Shown here piece after piece: positions 9,046 through 18,498 of a DNA stretch of 64,000 bases (its first letter is position 1; each line of letters opens with the position of its first letter). A program made the translations under genes and the position numbers. The notes under the pieces are model-generated. The model made no database searches. It saw only the letters and a list, made by a program, of their open reading frames with translations, and was not told the origin of the DNA. The stretch is from a virus. The DNA lies in IMG/VR virus record IMGVR_UViG_3300017751_000001; one strand, written 5' to 3'.

Positions 9046-11332
9046 CTTCCCCAAAAGGATTTCTTTCTGTAAAATCAATAATGTTGTCTGCTTCAAATTC
9101 AATCTCATCATTGGAAGCAAACTCATTGCCTTCAAAATTAGAATTGGCAGTAGCAACAGTATAACTTGCTGCCGCACCAACAATAGTTTCTCCATACTGG
9201 AAATCTCCAGTTGCATTGCCAAGTTTTAATATTCTATTACCAGAATCCCAAGAAGCAACAAGTGCGCTTGTTCCACTGGAAACTCCTCTCACAGATTCTC
9301 CAATTAGGAAATCACCAAAGAATGGATTTATAACTTCTTGGATATCTACCAATGGGGAAATCGCAGTGTAACCCGCACCTGCATTTGAGAATCTAATTTG
9401 AACGATACTAGATCCAGTGCTTACAACTGATTCTGCCTGTGCATTTTTAATTAGATCTGAGGTATTACTGGACTGAGGAACAAACACGGAAGTGATCCCT
9501 ACAGTTGGGGTAAAGTTGTATCCAAATCCAGCGGTATCGATTCCTACTGATCCAAGGACACCAGTAGATACTATAGCAGTAGCAATAGCTACTGATGTTG
9601 GTTTGCCTCCCCTAAAGGTAATATTTGGAGGAGTAGTGTATCCAGTTCCTGGGTTAATTAATAGAACTCTATCAATAGCCTTATTGGAAACGCCAGTCCT
9701 GCTCGTCATAATAGCAACTGCAGTTGCCTGTTGTCCAAGATCTGGTTTCTCAATAGTCATTAATGGATTAGAAACATATCCACTACCACCGTAAACAATT
9801 TGCAGTCCAGACACCTCTCTGTCCGCATTTATAGAGGCATATACTTCTGGATATTCATTATTGAGGTTCTCAACAAACTGAGATGTCTTGGATGTTGGTG
9901 TATCTATTTCTTGTTCTGATGTTGTTGTTGGAACAAGAGCTTCACTGGCAGTTCTAAACGAAGTATCCCCAGTAAGATTGAGAGTCACATGATCTAGATA
10001 TCCAATATATCCATCTTTGATTGTATCTAGTTTGCCTAGACCAGAAGCATCCGCACCATAATGTAGTTGGTTGTTCGCAAAGAACATGATTGGGTCTGCA
10101 TTACTATACTCAGATCCAGGATTACCATTCACACAGAGTTTAGCATTAGAACCATGTTGTTCAATTCTAATGAAGTTCCATGCATTCAATGTAAGTGGAT
10201 TTGGATTTTCAATGGCAGTAGATCCAGAAGCAAAAACTACAGTTCCAGAATCTCTATGGTATACTTTGATTCTGTCAGACCACAAAATAACTCCACCATA
10301 ACTTGGATTTGGAGTAAATGTAGTTGGATAAAACCACATACTAAAAGACAATCTCCCATCTTCAGTATCTCTAGAGTCAATATTTGTTGGGAACTCAAAT
10401 CTTGACTGTTCCGTATCCTGAGTATTGTCGTGATATAAGGAGTTATTTCCAAACTTTGTTTCTGTTGCTACCGTTCTGTTTGGCGGTGTAAAAGTTACTT
10501 GTGGAATCTGAATATAATTTGTTCCACCAAAATGCAAATTGACTGTTTTTACACGACCATTGACCGCAGTTGCAATACCAGTGGCTTGATTTCCTCTGGT
10601 TGGTTTTGAAACATATACTGATGGTGTTGATTTATAATTACCATCATTAAATAATTGAATATACTGTACCGACTTTGTTCCAAAAATTGTAGACGCAAGA
10701 GATACCGATGCAGTTGCATTACCATAAGTATCCTTAGCCAACTGAAGGGATATAAATTGACCACCCATACCAATTGGTTCCATGACTTCATCGCCATTGA
10801 CACCAGCAAGAGTATCTGGAAGATCAATGATCTCATCTTCATATTCAAAGATCTCGCATCTCAATTCATACATGTAAAGATCATTGAGTTGATAGAAAGG
10901 AACTTTCGTCTCTACAAACTTAATTTCAAACAATGCGTTGTCTAGAGGGAGATAGATTAAATCTCCTTCTTGAGGTCTAGTTGCAACTTTAATTTCATCT
11001 TCTGGCCACAACTTCAATAGAGGAGATATAAAATCATCATATCTTTCTTTAGATATTACTAATTGTATCTCGTCTTGTGATCTAACTCCAAATTTTGATA
11101 GAATTTCTGATGGACTTCCAAATCCATCAAAGTTAACCAAGTAAGCTTCGAGTCTAAAACTATCATCAAACCTAGATGCAGTTATTTCTTTAATAACTGT
11201 TTGCTCATTAACAATCCTCCTAGGCATGTACAAGACATCCTGACCGAACATTTTTAGATGTTCGTTAACCAAGTCCTGAACCAATCTCTGTTCGCTTGGT
11301 GAACCGTGGAGAAAAAATGGATTTAAGGGCAT
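9041..11332 (-). CDS. gp14: Neck protein, enlarged by an internal LamG/ConA-like domain
   Basis: N-terminal gp14 domain (EQRLVQDLVNEHLKMFG, EGDLIYLPL, FYQL..LYMYELRCEIFEY) and C-terminal IIDFTERNPFGE, enclosing ~500 extra aa. Confidence 0.93.
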   Translation of the reverse strand: MPLNPFFLHGSPSEQRLVQDLVNEHLKMFGQDVLYMPRRIVNEQTVIKEITASRFDDSFRLEAYLVNFDGFGSPSEILSKFGVRSQDEIQLVISKERYDDFISPLLKLWPEDEIKVATRPQEGDLIYLPLDNALFEIKFVETKVPFYQLNDLYMYELRCEIFEYEDEIIDLPDTLAGVNGDEVMEPIGMGGQFISLQLAKDTYGNATASVSLASTIFGTKSVQYIQLFNDGNYKSTPSVYVSKPTRGNQATGIATAVNGRVKTVNLHFGGTNYIQIPQVTFTPPNRTVATETKFGNNSLYHDNTQDTEQSRFEFPTNIDSRDTEDGRLSFSMWFYPTTFTPNPSYGGVILWSDRIKVYHRDSGTVVFASGSTAIENPNPLTLNAWNFIRIEQHGSNAKLCVNGNPGSEYSNADPIMFFANNQLHYGADASGLGKLDTIKDGYIGYLDHVTLNLTGDTSFRTASEALVPTTTSEQEIDTPTSKTSQFVENLNNEYPEVYASINADREVSGLQIVYGGSGYVSNPLMTIEKPDLGQQATAVAIMTSRTGVSNKAIDRVLLINPGTGYTTPPNITFRGGKPTSVAIATAIVSTGVLGSVGIDTAGFGYNFTPTVGITSVFVPQSSNTSDLIKNAQAESVVSTGSSIVQIRFSNAGAGYTAISPLVDIQEVINPFFGDFLIGESVRGVSSGTSALVASWDSGNRILKLGNATGDFQYGETIVGAAASYTVATANSNFEGNEFASNDEIEFEADNIIDFTERNPFGEV

Positions 11333-12150
11333 TATCCTATCATATCTAGGGGTGGCATGGCATATTCAGTTATCAACTTTTGTTCATGATCTTCTAATTC
11401 TCGTTGAGCGTCATCAAATAGTTGTCTACCGTTCATCTCAAGTCCACCAGGAAGCTTAACTCCTTGGAACTTAATTAGGTTTTGTCCCCATTGTCTTTTA
11501 ATTAGAGATGTTGTATACCTCTTAATCCATAGATCATTATATACAGCAGTTTCACTTTCTGGATCTACAACTCTATAACAATCTAATATTAGAAAATGAT
11601 CTTCTGTGAGTTCTTTTAGATTTATATCCATGTATAATCTACTGTTCTTTTTGTTAAATCTTATTTGGACTTCTGGATTAAGAAGAAAATCTATAGTCTC
11701 CAAGTATGATTTTGTTTGACTATAGTTCAATAAATCTATTGCGCCGTAGTAGTATAAATCATTAAGGAAGAGTTGATATTTTATATTGAACATCCCCGCC
11801 GATAAGGTGGATGAGTCCATTTTAAATATCTTATTGACTCCAATAATAGTGTCTGGTAATGGAAGGTAGTTAGCTTGTTCTGTATAATCTGCAGAAGAAA
11901 TCCCGCCAAAAGTATCAGTAACAGTTGTTGTTTGAGCAATTCCAACCATAGCAGTTCTTTCTGCCTCGGTCAACTTATGTTTTAAAAATACTCTATCTAT
12001 TCCCTCACCATGTCTTTCATGATATAATTGGAGTGCATCGTCTATCAAGTCTTCGATTTGATCATCATCGACATTGACTTCCAATACTGGCTTTCCGAGT
12101 TTCCTGAGGCAATACTGCTTCAATGCTTCTCTACTGGAGGGCTTAGCCAT
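11332..12150 (-). CDS. gp13: Neck protein
   Basis: LKQYCLRKLGKPVLEVNVDDDQIEDLIDDA and KRQWGQNLIKFQGVKLPGG motifs. Confidence 0.97.
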   Translation of the reverse strand: MAKPSSREALKQYCLRKLGKPVLEVNVDDDQIEDLIDDALQLYHERHGEGIDRVFLKHKLTEAERTAMVGIAQTTTVTDTFGGISSADYTEQANYLPLPDTIIGVNKIFKMDSSTLSAGMFNIKYQLFLNDLYYYGAIDLLNYSQTKSYLETIDFLLNPEVQIRFNKKNSRLYMDINLKELTEDHFLILDCYRVVDPESETAVYNDLWIKRYTTSLIKRQWGQNLIKFQGVKLPGGLEMNGRQLFDDAQRELEDHEQKLITEYAMPPLDMIG

Positions 12151-12176
12151 TCCTAATAATCATAGGGTTCTCAACA

Positions 12177-12184
12177 TATTTATA
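12177..12184 (-). promoter_or_regulatory. T4-type late promoter TATAAATA
   Basis: Exact consensus 27 nt upstream of the gp13 ATG. Confidence 0.8.
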
Positions 12185-12188
12185 TCTC

Positions 12189-12896
12189 ATGGAAAAGTAC
12201 TTAATAAATGAAATCGAAACGTTTGCAGTCAATGATGAATTGGATGCAAGAGTAGAGTTAATGGGATGGGAAGAAAAACCAATCGTATACATCGATAATT
12301 TTTATAAAAATCCCGATCAAGTTAGAGATTTGGCTCTAAGAATCCCTCCAACTTTAAATAGAAGAATTTGTGGAGGAGTGCCAGGTGGTAGAGTTAGTGC
12401 AAATTTTGATCTTGATCATTTAGTTCCAATCTGGACTGACATAGCCAAATCAGTTTATGGATTGACAAAAGAGGAAGAAGAACGATTTATCTGTGGATGC
12501 AAACAACTTACATTCTCGGTAAATGTAACTGCATCAGATCAAGCACTTATTCCACACGTAGATTCTCCTATAGATAGTAAAAATTTAGTTAGGGGTTGGG
12601 CAGGTGTAATTTATTTAAACACGCCAGAAGAATGTCATGGTGGCACTGGATTTTATACTTATAAGGGAATGAGTTGTGTTGATGTATACCAATCTGGAAT
12701 CTGGAAAGAGGACACCGTAAGAGATAGTGTTGGTCCTTGGGAACTTGTTCACTTAGCAGAAATGAAATACAATAGATTGATTGTATATCCAGATAATTTT
12801 CTTCATGGTGTATATCAACATCCAGGTCACTTTGATCAACAGGTGTATAGACTCGCTCAATCAATATTTCTACCTATTCCAACGATAGTATACTGA
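12189..12896 (+). CDS. 2OG-Fe(II) oxygenase-like protein (DUF6445-like)
   Basis: IDNFYKNPDQVR, PHVD (HxD), WAGVIYLN, GGTGFY and NRLIVY..FLHG. Paralogue of 21950..22594. Confidence 0.75.
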   Translation: MEKYLINEIETFAVNDELDARVELMGWEEKPIVYIDNFYKNPDQVRDLALRIPPTLNRRICGGVPGGRVSANFDLDHLVPIWTDIAKSVYGLTKEEEERFICGCKQLTFSVNVTASDQALIPHVDSPIDSKNLVRGWAGVIYLNTPEECHGGTGFYTYKGMSCVDVYQSGIWKEDTVRDSVGPWELVHLAEMKYNRLIVYPDNFLHGVYQHPGHFDQQVYRLAQSIFLPIPTIVY

Positions 12897-13699
12897 TGAT
12901 TTTAATTACTGGATATAAAGGGTTTATTGGATCTCACTTTCAAAACTATTTTGAAACTGAAGGAGAACATGATGTTATTGGAATTGATGTCGATAACGCA
13001 TGGAAATTTCTGTCCAAATTTAATGGATGGGAAAATGTAGACTTAATAATTCATAATGGAGCAATCTCATCTACAACAGAAAAAAACTGGGTAAAGATTG
13101 CACATTACAATCAATCTTTTACTGCTCACCTATTTTCACATGCAATTGAACATAAAATTCCTATAAAGTATGCATCCTCGGCATCTGTGTATGGTAATCA
13201 AACAAGAGAATGTAGGAAGATCAATCCACTGAATCAATATGCAATTTCAAAACTAATCATAGATTATTACGTATTGGACAATATAGATCGGTTTGAAAGT
13301 ATCCAAGGATTTAGATATTTTAATGTATACGGAACTGGAGAAGATCATAAGGGAGACCAAGCAAGTCCAGTCTCAAAGTTTACCAAACAGATCAAAGAGA
13401 CTGGGAAACTTAAATTGTTTGAAGGATCGGATAATTTTTATAGGGACTTTGTATGTGTAGATGATATAGTCAATATTGTCATGAATAATGACGCTCCCAG
13501 TGGAATCTATGATATTGGAACTGGCAAACCAATGTCATTCCAGAGAGTTGCAGAGTTAGTTGCTAAAAAAGAAGGGGGAGAAATCGAAATGATTCCTTTC
13601 CCAGATCACCTAAAAGGTAAGTATCAAGATTATACCTGTGCAGATATGAAATGGTTAAACTATAGACTCAAGACGTTAGAGGAATATCTTGCACCATAA
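12896..13699 (+). CDS. hldD: ADP-L-glycero-D-manno-heptose 6-epimerase
   Basis: Extended SDR: TGYKGFIGS, HNGAISSTTE, ASSASVYG, YxxxK (YAISK) and RYFNVYG..EDHKGDQAS, matching HldD/RfaD. Confidence 0.9.
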   Translation: MILITGYKGFIGSHFQNYFETEGEHDVIGIDVDNAWKFLSKFNGWENVDLIIHNGAISSTTEKNWVKIAHYNQSFTAHLFSHAIEHKIPIKYASSASVYGNQTRECRKINPLNQYAISKLIIDYYVLDNIDRFESIQGFRYFNVYGTGEDHKGDQASPVSKFTKQIKETGKLKLFEGSDNFYRDFVCVDDIVNIVMNNDAPSGIYDIGTGKPMSFQRVAELVAKKEGGEIEMIPFPDHLKGKYQDYTCADMKWLNYRLKTLEEYLAP

Positions 13700-14276
13700 A
13701 GTTAATAAAATTTGTAGCGATATATTTTTCTTCGGAAATGGGAGCATTTCCTTTATGTTTGAACAAATAATTGCATGGAAATAATAGTACTTTCCCCTTC
13801 TCTGGTCTTACTGCTATATTCCAATCTGGAAATTCTGTTTCTCCACCTTCCTCAACATCATTGAGATACATAATGCAAGCAAATATTCTACTTACTGTAC
13901 CAAATGCATGTTGGTCCACATGAGTCTTAAATATTCCTTCGTTCTTGGGATATACCCTAACGCAATAATCATTTAGAGTCATGCTATCTTCTGGAACTGG
14001 ATATCTAGAACCTGCTTCCCTAAAAGCAGACATAGTGATCTCTGTCATCTTGTCTGAGATAGGTGCTTCTGGAGGGACTAGAGTCTGAATAGCATTTTTA
14101 AAATCTTTTTTAACACTAGGTCCAATGTTTTTTCCGTTTTTTGTGCTATAAACGCACCCATCACTTTGAAGATGTTTGTTCGATTTAAACCATTCCAATA
14201 TTTCATCACAGGTTTTGTCTGGGATGTGATTTTTCAAAACCACAATTAGATCTGTTATTTTTTCAGCTCTCATCAA
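13668..14276 (-). CDS. 2OG-Fe(II) oxygenase (prolyl-hydroxylase-like)
   Basis: HVD triad start, IMYLNDVEEGGETEF, PEKGKVLLFP and distal His (FKHKG). Confidence 0.88.
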   Translation of the reverse strand: MMRAEKITDLIVVLKNHIPDKTCDEILEWFKSNKHLQSDGCVYSTKNGKNIGPSVKKDFKNAIQTLVPPEAPISDKMTEITMSAFREAGSRYPVPEDSMTLNDYCVRVYPKNEGIFKTHVDQHAFGTVSRIFACIMYLNDVEEGGETEFPDWNIAVRPEKGKVLLFPCNYLFKHKGNAPISEEKYIATNFINFMVQDIPLTS

Positions 14277-14653
14277 TCTCCAGATTCAATTCTATTACTA
14301 TCTTCATCAAAATGTTCTGTACTAAATTCAAATAATTCAGTATCGGAAAGACCATACATTCTATGTTTCATTCCAATAGGAACATGAAACTTATCTCCAG
14401 TTTCTAGTACAGATACATTAGCGACTTCAATATTGTCATCCCACCCATAGTAGATTTTAATTTTTCCACTTTGAACATAGAAAACTTCGTCTTTCTTTTT
14501 ATGAAAGTGCCAAGAACATTGTTTTCCTTTTGCAATGAAAAGGAGTTTGCCACAATATTGTTCTGAGTTAACTATCCATTTTTCATATCCCCATCCTTTG
14601 GACACGAACTTAATTGGTTCTGCTGCTCTAGGTATCGAAGAATTCATCGGCAC
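14273..14653 (-). CDS. Cupin-fold protein, putative sugar(-phosphate) isomerase
   Basis: KGWGYEKW, cupin motif 1 SWHFHKKKDEVFYVQSG and motif 2 GDKFHVPIGMKHRM. Confidence 0.8.
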   Translation of the reverse strand: MPMNSSIPRAAEPIKFVSKGWGYEKWIVNSEQYCGKLLFIAKGKQCSWHFHKKKDEVFYVQSGKIKIYYGWDDNIEVANVSVLETGDKFHVPIGMKHRMYGLSDTELFEFSTEHFDEDSNRIESGD

Positions 14654-14954
14654 TTACTCCCTTGTCGTCAATGTAATAGTCAGCTGAAGGTTTTCCTAAG
14701 AAAAGATCGTGAAACATACATCCCCATTCTAACAGTTGTTTGTGAGTGAAGTCGTAATACTTTTCCTTAGCTTGTTCTCGATCATTATTAAATGTACCCA
14801 TACCTCTAGCGGTATGGTAGATTATCTGATGTCCTTTAATATATAGATCATTTATTTTAGAGATCCTTTCTGGGATAGGTACAGCTTCAGTATATCTGCC
14901 TTCTCCTTTTCCAGGAATACAGATAGTGCCGTCTATATCTACATTATATCTCAT
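14628..14954 (-). CDS. Minimal HAD-superfamily phosphatase
   Basis: Motif I VDIDGT, motif II YHTARG, motif III/IV GKPSADYYIDDK; 108 aa, capless. Confidence 0.82.
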   Translation of the reverse strand: MRYNVDIDGTICIPGKGEGRYTEAVPIPERISKINDLYIKGHQIIYHTARGMGTFNNDREQAKEKYYDFTHKQLLEWGCMFHDLFLGKPSADYYIDDKGVSADEFFDT

Positions 14955-16078
14955 TCGGGTCCTAAGTATAAGTTTTTAAGTGGATATTTTTTCATGGAAC
15001 CAGTTTTGGAATAATATTGAGCTTTAGATACTCCAATACTAATTCCAGCATCACTACTAATAGGTTCCACATATAGTTTAACATCTTTTGGCAACTTATC
15101 CAAATACCAATAATTTGCAGAACAGTTTAATGCACATCCACCAGTTAAAATAATATTTTTACGTTTCGATATTGCAAGAGCGTCCAATAAAATTTTTAAC
15201 ATATGAGTCTGAAAATCTTCCTGAAGTCTCCAAGCAAGGTTAGCTAATTTTTCAAAGTGATTCTCAGTATTTTCAGCTTCTCTATGATGAGGTAAGTAAT
15301 CATATGGAATAAAATTACATCCATACTTAGACCTATAAAAAAGATTTGAATCTACATTAAATCCATCAGAAAGGAAAGATCTAATATTGGGATCTTCTTT
15401 ACCGTATGAAGCAAGACCCATTACTATTCCAGCCCCAAGTCCACCAAAACCCATATATGAGGATACTGCGGAGTACACCATACCAATTCCACATGTCCAC
15501 TCACCTTTATGTTCAGATTCATCACAACTATCATAAGAGGGTGTAGACATCCCTCCTAAAGAATTCATATTACATGGATAAGATGCATCGAATATGGAAA
15601 CAACCTCATGCCTATCTTCTGCAGGAGTAAGGAAGTTTCCCATACCATCAACCACAACTACAACTGCATCATCAAATCCAGAATTATAGAATCCACAATA
15701 AGCATGAAATAAGTGATGATCAAAAAACTTTTCAAATTTTTCTTTGACTATTTCATACTTAAAAGAGTTTTGTTCATGTGGTAGAAGTTTTAATGATTTA
15801 GAAACATACATTATTAACATATCACTACTACGATCTAATGTACTTACTCCCAGCTTGTCTTTAGATATTAATGCAGATGTTGCTACTTCATATTTTTCAA
15901 TCTCATCCATGGTAAGTCCACCAAGAACCATGTTACATGCATGAAATGGATCGTTATCATATTTTAATCTAGACAATCTTTCTTCTTCCAGGAAAAGTTC
16001 AATGTCCCCATCTTCAGAAAGAACTGATACTGAGGAGTTATGGGATAAGTGAAATCCTACTTGTTTTTTCAATTTCAT
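14951..16078 (-). CDS. NodU/CmcH-type carbamoyltransferase, N-terminal (Kae1-like) domain only
   Basis: EEERLSRLK, HHLFHAY, VVDGMG, MGLASYG, LTGGCALN and EPISSDAG. Ends at LYLGPE with no C-terminal domain. Confidence 0.85.
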   Translation of the reverse strand: MKLKKQVGFHLSHNSSVSVLSEDGDIELFLEEERLSRLKYDNDPFHACNMVLGGLTMDEIEKYEVATSALISKDKLGVSTLDRSSDMLIMYVSKSLKLLPHEQNSFKYEIVKEKFEKFFDHHLFHAYCGFYNSGFDDAVVVVVDGMGNFLTPAEDRHEVVSIFDASYPCNMNSLGGMSTPSYDSCDESEHKGEWTCGIGMVYSAVSSYMGFGGLGAGIVMGLASYGKEDPNIRSFLSDGFNVDSNLFYRSKYGCNFIPYDYLPHHREAENTENHFEKLANLAWRLQEDFQTHMLKILLDALAISKRKNIILTGGCALNCSANYWYLDKLPKDVKLYVEPISSDAGISIGVSKAQYYSKTGSMKKYPLKNLYLGPE

Positions 16079-17193
16079 TTTGGACCTAAATACAAATTTT
16101 TGAGAGGATGTTTTTTGTATGATTCAGTTTCAGTGTAATACAAATATTTTGCAAGTCCCAAAGAAACTCCAGCATCATTACTAATAGGTTCTACATATAG
16201 TTTGACATCTTTTGGTAACTTGTCTAAGTACCAATAATTTGCAACACAATTTAGAGCGCATCCACCAGTAAGAACAAGATTTCGCATATTTGTTCTTTCA
16301 AGTGCATCGGTGAGAAGAAATAACATATGAGTCTGAAAATCTTCTTGAAGTCTCCAAGCAAGATTTGCAAGTTTTTGGAAATGTTTTTCTATGTTTACTG
16401 CTTCTACATGAGGAGGGAGATAATCATATGGAATAAAGTTTGCACCAAATCTGGTTCTGTAAAATAAATTCGAGTCTACAGTATATCCATCATCTAAAAT
16501 GAAAGATTTAATATTGGGATCTTCTTTACCGTATGGAGCAAGACCCATTACTTTTCCAGCCCCAAGTCCACCAAAACCAAGATAAGACGATACCGCAGAA
16601 TATGCCATACCGATTCCGCAGTTCCATCCACCTTTATGTTCTGCAGAATCACAAGCCATGTAAGTTGGTGTAGACATTCCAACAATTGGAACCATTATAT
16701 TTGGATAACCACCAATGAAAGTAGTAGCAACTTCTACATATCTATCATTATTCCTTAGTGTATTTCCCATAGCATCAACTACTACAATCGCTGCATCATC
16801 AAATCCAGAATTATAGAATCCAGAATAAGCATGTAAAAGATGATGCTCGTTATATATTACATTTTGTGCGTGCTTATGACTATGAGCACACCACTTATCA
16901 AAATCTTTATAAGTTAGTATCTTAGAGAGTGTTCTATTGACTGTCTCTGAAGCAATTTGTAGAGCGTTTCCTCCTTTAGGATCCTCATCTAAAAGTCCAG
17001 TCATTCCAAGATTGTATGTATTGGAATAATCTTCAGAATCTATTCCCCTAAAATGTTTGTCCAATACATGAAATGGGTCTCCATCATGTTTGATTCTGGA
17101 ATATCTCTCTTCTTCAATGAATATCTCTGTTTCTCCTTGATCGACAATACAGAGTGAGGAATCATGGGAAAGATTAAGTCCAACTTGTTTCAT
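16075..17193 (-). CDS. NodU/CmcH-type carbamoyltransferase, N-terminal (Kae1-like) domain only; tandem paralogue
   Basis: EEERYSRIK, HHLLHAY, GKVMGLAPYG, LTGGCALNCVAN and EPISNDAG. Ends at LYLGPK. Long stretches of near DNA identity with 14951..16078. Confidence 0.87.
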   Translation of the reverse strand: MKQVGLNLSHDSSLCIVDQGETEIFIEEERYSRIKHDGDPFHVLDKHFRGIDSEDYSNTYNLGMTGLLDEDPKGGNALQIASETVNRTLSKILTYKDFDKWCAHSHKHAQNVIYNEHHLLHAYSGFYNSGFDDAAIVVVDAMGNTLRNNDRYVEVATTFIGGYPNIMVPIVGMSTPTYMACDSAEHKGGWNCGIGMAYSAVSSYLGFGGLGAGKVMGLAPYGKEDPNIKSFILDDGYTVDSNLFYRTRFGANFIPYDYLPPHVEAVNIEKHFQKLANLAWRLQEDFQTHMLFLLTDALERTNMRNLVLTGGCALNCVANYWYLDKLPKDVKLYVEPISNDAGVSLGLAKYLYYTETESYKKHPLKNLYLGPK

Positions 17194-17735
17194 ACTGGTC
17201 CTCCTGGAGGCTGATCATAATAAATGTTACCTGATATAGTTATGCCTTCATTCCCAGGGGGAACAAAATGTTCAATGAATGACGGGAAAATTATAATATT
17301 TTCAGAAGAAACTTTTGGCATATACTCTATAGGAAAAGCATGACCTAGATATCCCCATTGATTCATTTGATTATGTCTACTTGGGGAAAGAAAAACAGTC
17401 TTAGATTCCTCAACATCCACATAAATTACAAAACTCCATTGAGATCCAGAATGAATATGTGGATCTTGCCAGTCTGTTTTCTCATACTTGTTACGCCAAA
17501 CTGAACCAATATAAAATGGTTTCTCTGTATATTGACCTATACACTCCCAAAGAATCCTGCCAAGATAATTATATGACTCTTGAGTAAGTTCATCTGCCTC
17601 CATTGTAGTTGGAGTACGAGAAATAAAAGTTGGTTTGTATTCTGGTTCTTCTTTAAACTCTAATTTACTAATATCAATTTTTTCGATAAAGAAAGGCATC
17701 CAGAATACTGGATTGGGTTGTTTAAAGTTGTCCAT
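17190..17735 (-). CDS. Putative 2OG-Fe(II) oxygenase (TIGR02466-like)
   Basis: QDPHIHSGSQWSFVIYV, IIIFPSFIEHFV and ITISGNI. Confidence 0.8.
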   Translation of the reverse strand: MDNFKQPNPVFWMPFFIEKIDISKLEFKEEPEYKPTFISRTPTTMEADELTQESYNYLGRILWECIGQYTEKPFYIGSVWRNKYEKTDWQDPHIHSGSQWSFVIYVDVEESKTVFLSPSRHNQMNQWGYLGHAFPIEYMPKVSSENIIIFPSFIEHFVPPGNEGITISGNIYYDQPPGGPV

Positions 17736-18498
17736 TATAAATTCTCATAATGTCATCTTTGGTTAGTTTATATGTTCCTGAGTTTTCTACGGAAATAGAA
17801 GCTGCCATATTTGCAAAATTAATAGAATTCTGCATATCTTTTGTGCGAATAAATTCAACCACTAAGGCAGAGAGGAAGGTATCACCAGCTCCACATACAT
17901 CAAATACATTGACCTTTCTTGGTGTGAAATTAATACCCCTCCACCTACATCCATTTGATCCTAAAGTTACGATTAAATTAGTATCATGAGGCATAAATTC
18001 ACGATCAAGTAAATCATATTCTTTTTTGTTTATCTTGAAGAAAACATTAGGTTGTTGAAATAATTTAGTTTTCTTTGTGTCAATAAAAATTGGTCCTTTA
18101 AAATATGTGCAGATAATACGTAATGCTTGATCTGTAAGAAAACCTTTATCATAGTCTGATATTACTAGTGCATCATATTTACTATGCATAAATGCCATTC
18201 TTACCTGAGGAGCACTTAATGGAGTTACCTCGGGAGTTGTATCAACTCTGAGTAATTGATAATTACTTTTTCTATCTACAAATCGAGTTTTCTTGATTGT
18301 TTCTTTTTGCGTAATTAGATTTGTTCGGACACCAAAAGATCTCAAATTATCATTGACATTTGATGCCATTCCAGGTGTTACTTCTGTGGATGTCTTGTCC
18401 AGAACAGGAATAGGTCCTTCTGGGTTTAACCTAGAACAATCTCCATAGATGTATTCATCATCACATGAATCTCCAATAACTAATATATTACATTCCAT
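17722..18498 (-). CDS. hldA: D-glycero-D-manno-heptose-7-phosphate kinase (stand-alone HldE kinase domain, PfkB family)
   Basis: VIGD..DEYIYGDCSRLNPEGPIPV, ISDYDKG and DVCGAGDTF match the HldE/RfaE domain I. Confidence 0.88.
   Translation of the reverse strand: MECNILVIGDSCDDEYIYGDCSRLNPEGPIPVLDKTSTEVTPGMASNVNDNLRSFGVRTNLITQKETIKKTRFVDRKSNYQLLRVDTTPEVTPLSAPQVRMAFMHSKYDALVISDYDKGFLTDQALRIICTYFKGPIFIDTKKTKLFQQPNVFFKINKKEYDLLDREFMPHDTNLIVTLGSNGCRWRGINFTPRKVNVFDVCGAGDTFLSALVVEFIRTKDMQNSINFANMAASISVENSGTYKLTKDDIMRIYNGQL

Noticed and set aside
14951-17193. Half carbamoyltransferases as frameshifted pseudogenes or an assembly duplication
   Set aside because: No C-domain sequence follows either gene in any ORF-track frame, both end at the same motif with ATGA coupling, and their N-terminal halves are well diverged.
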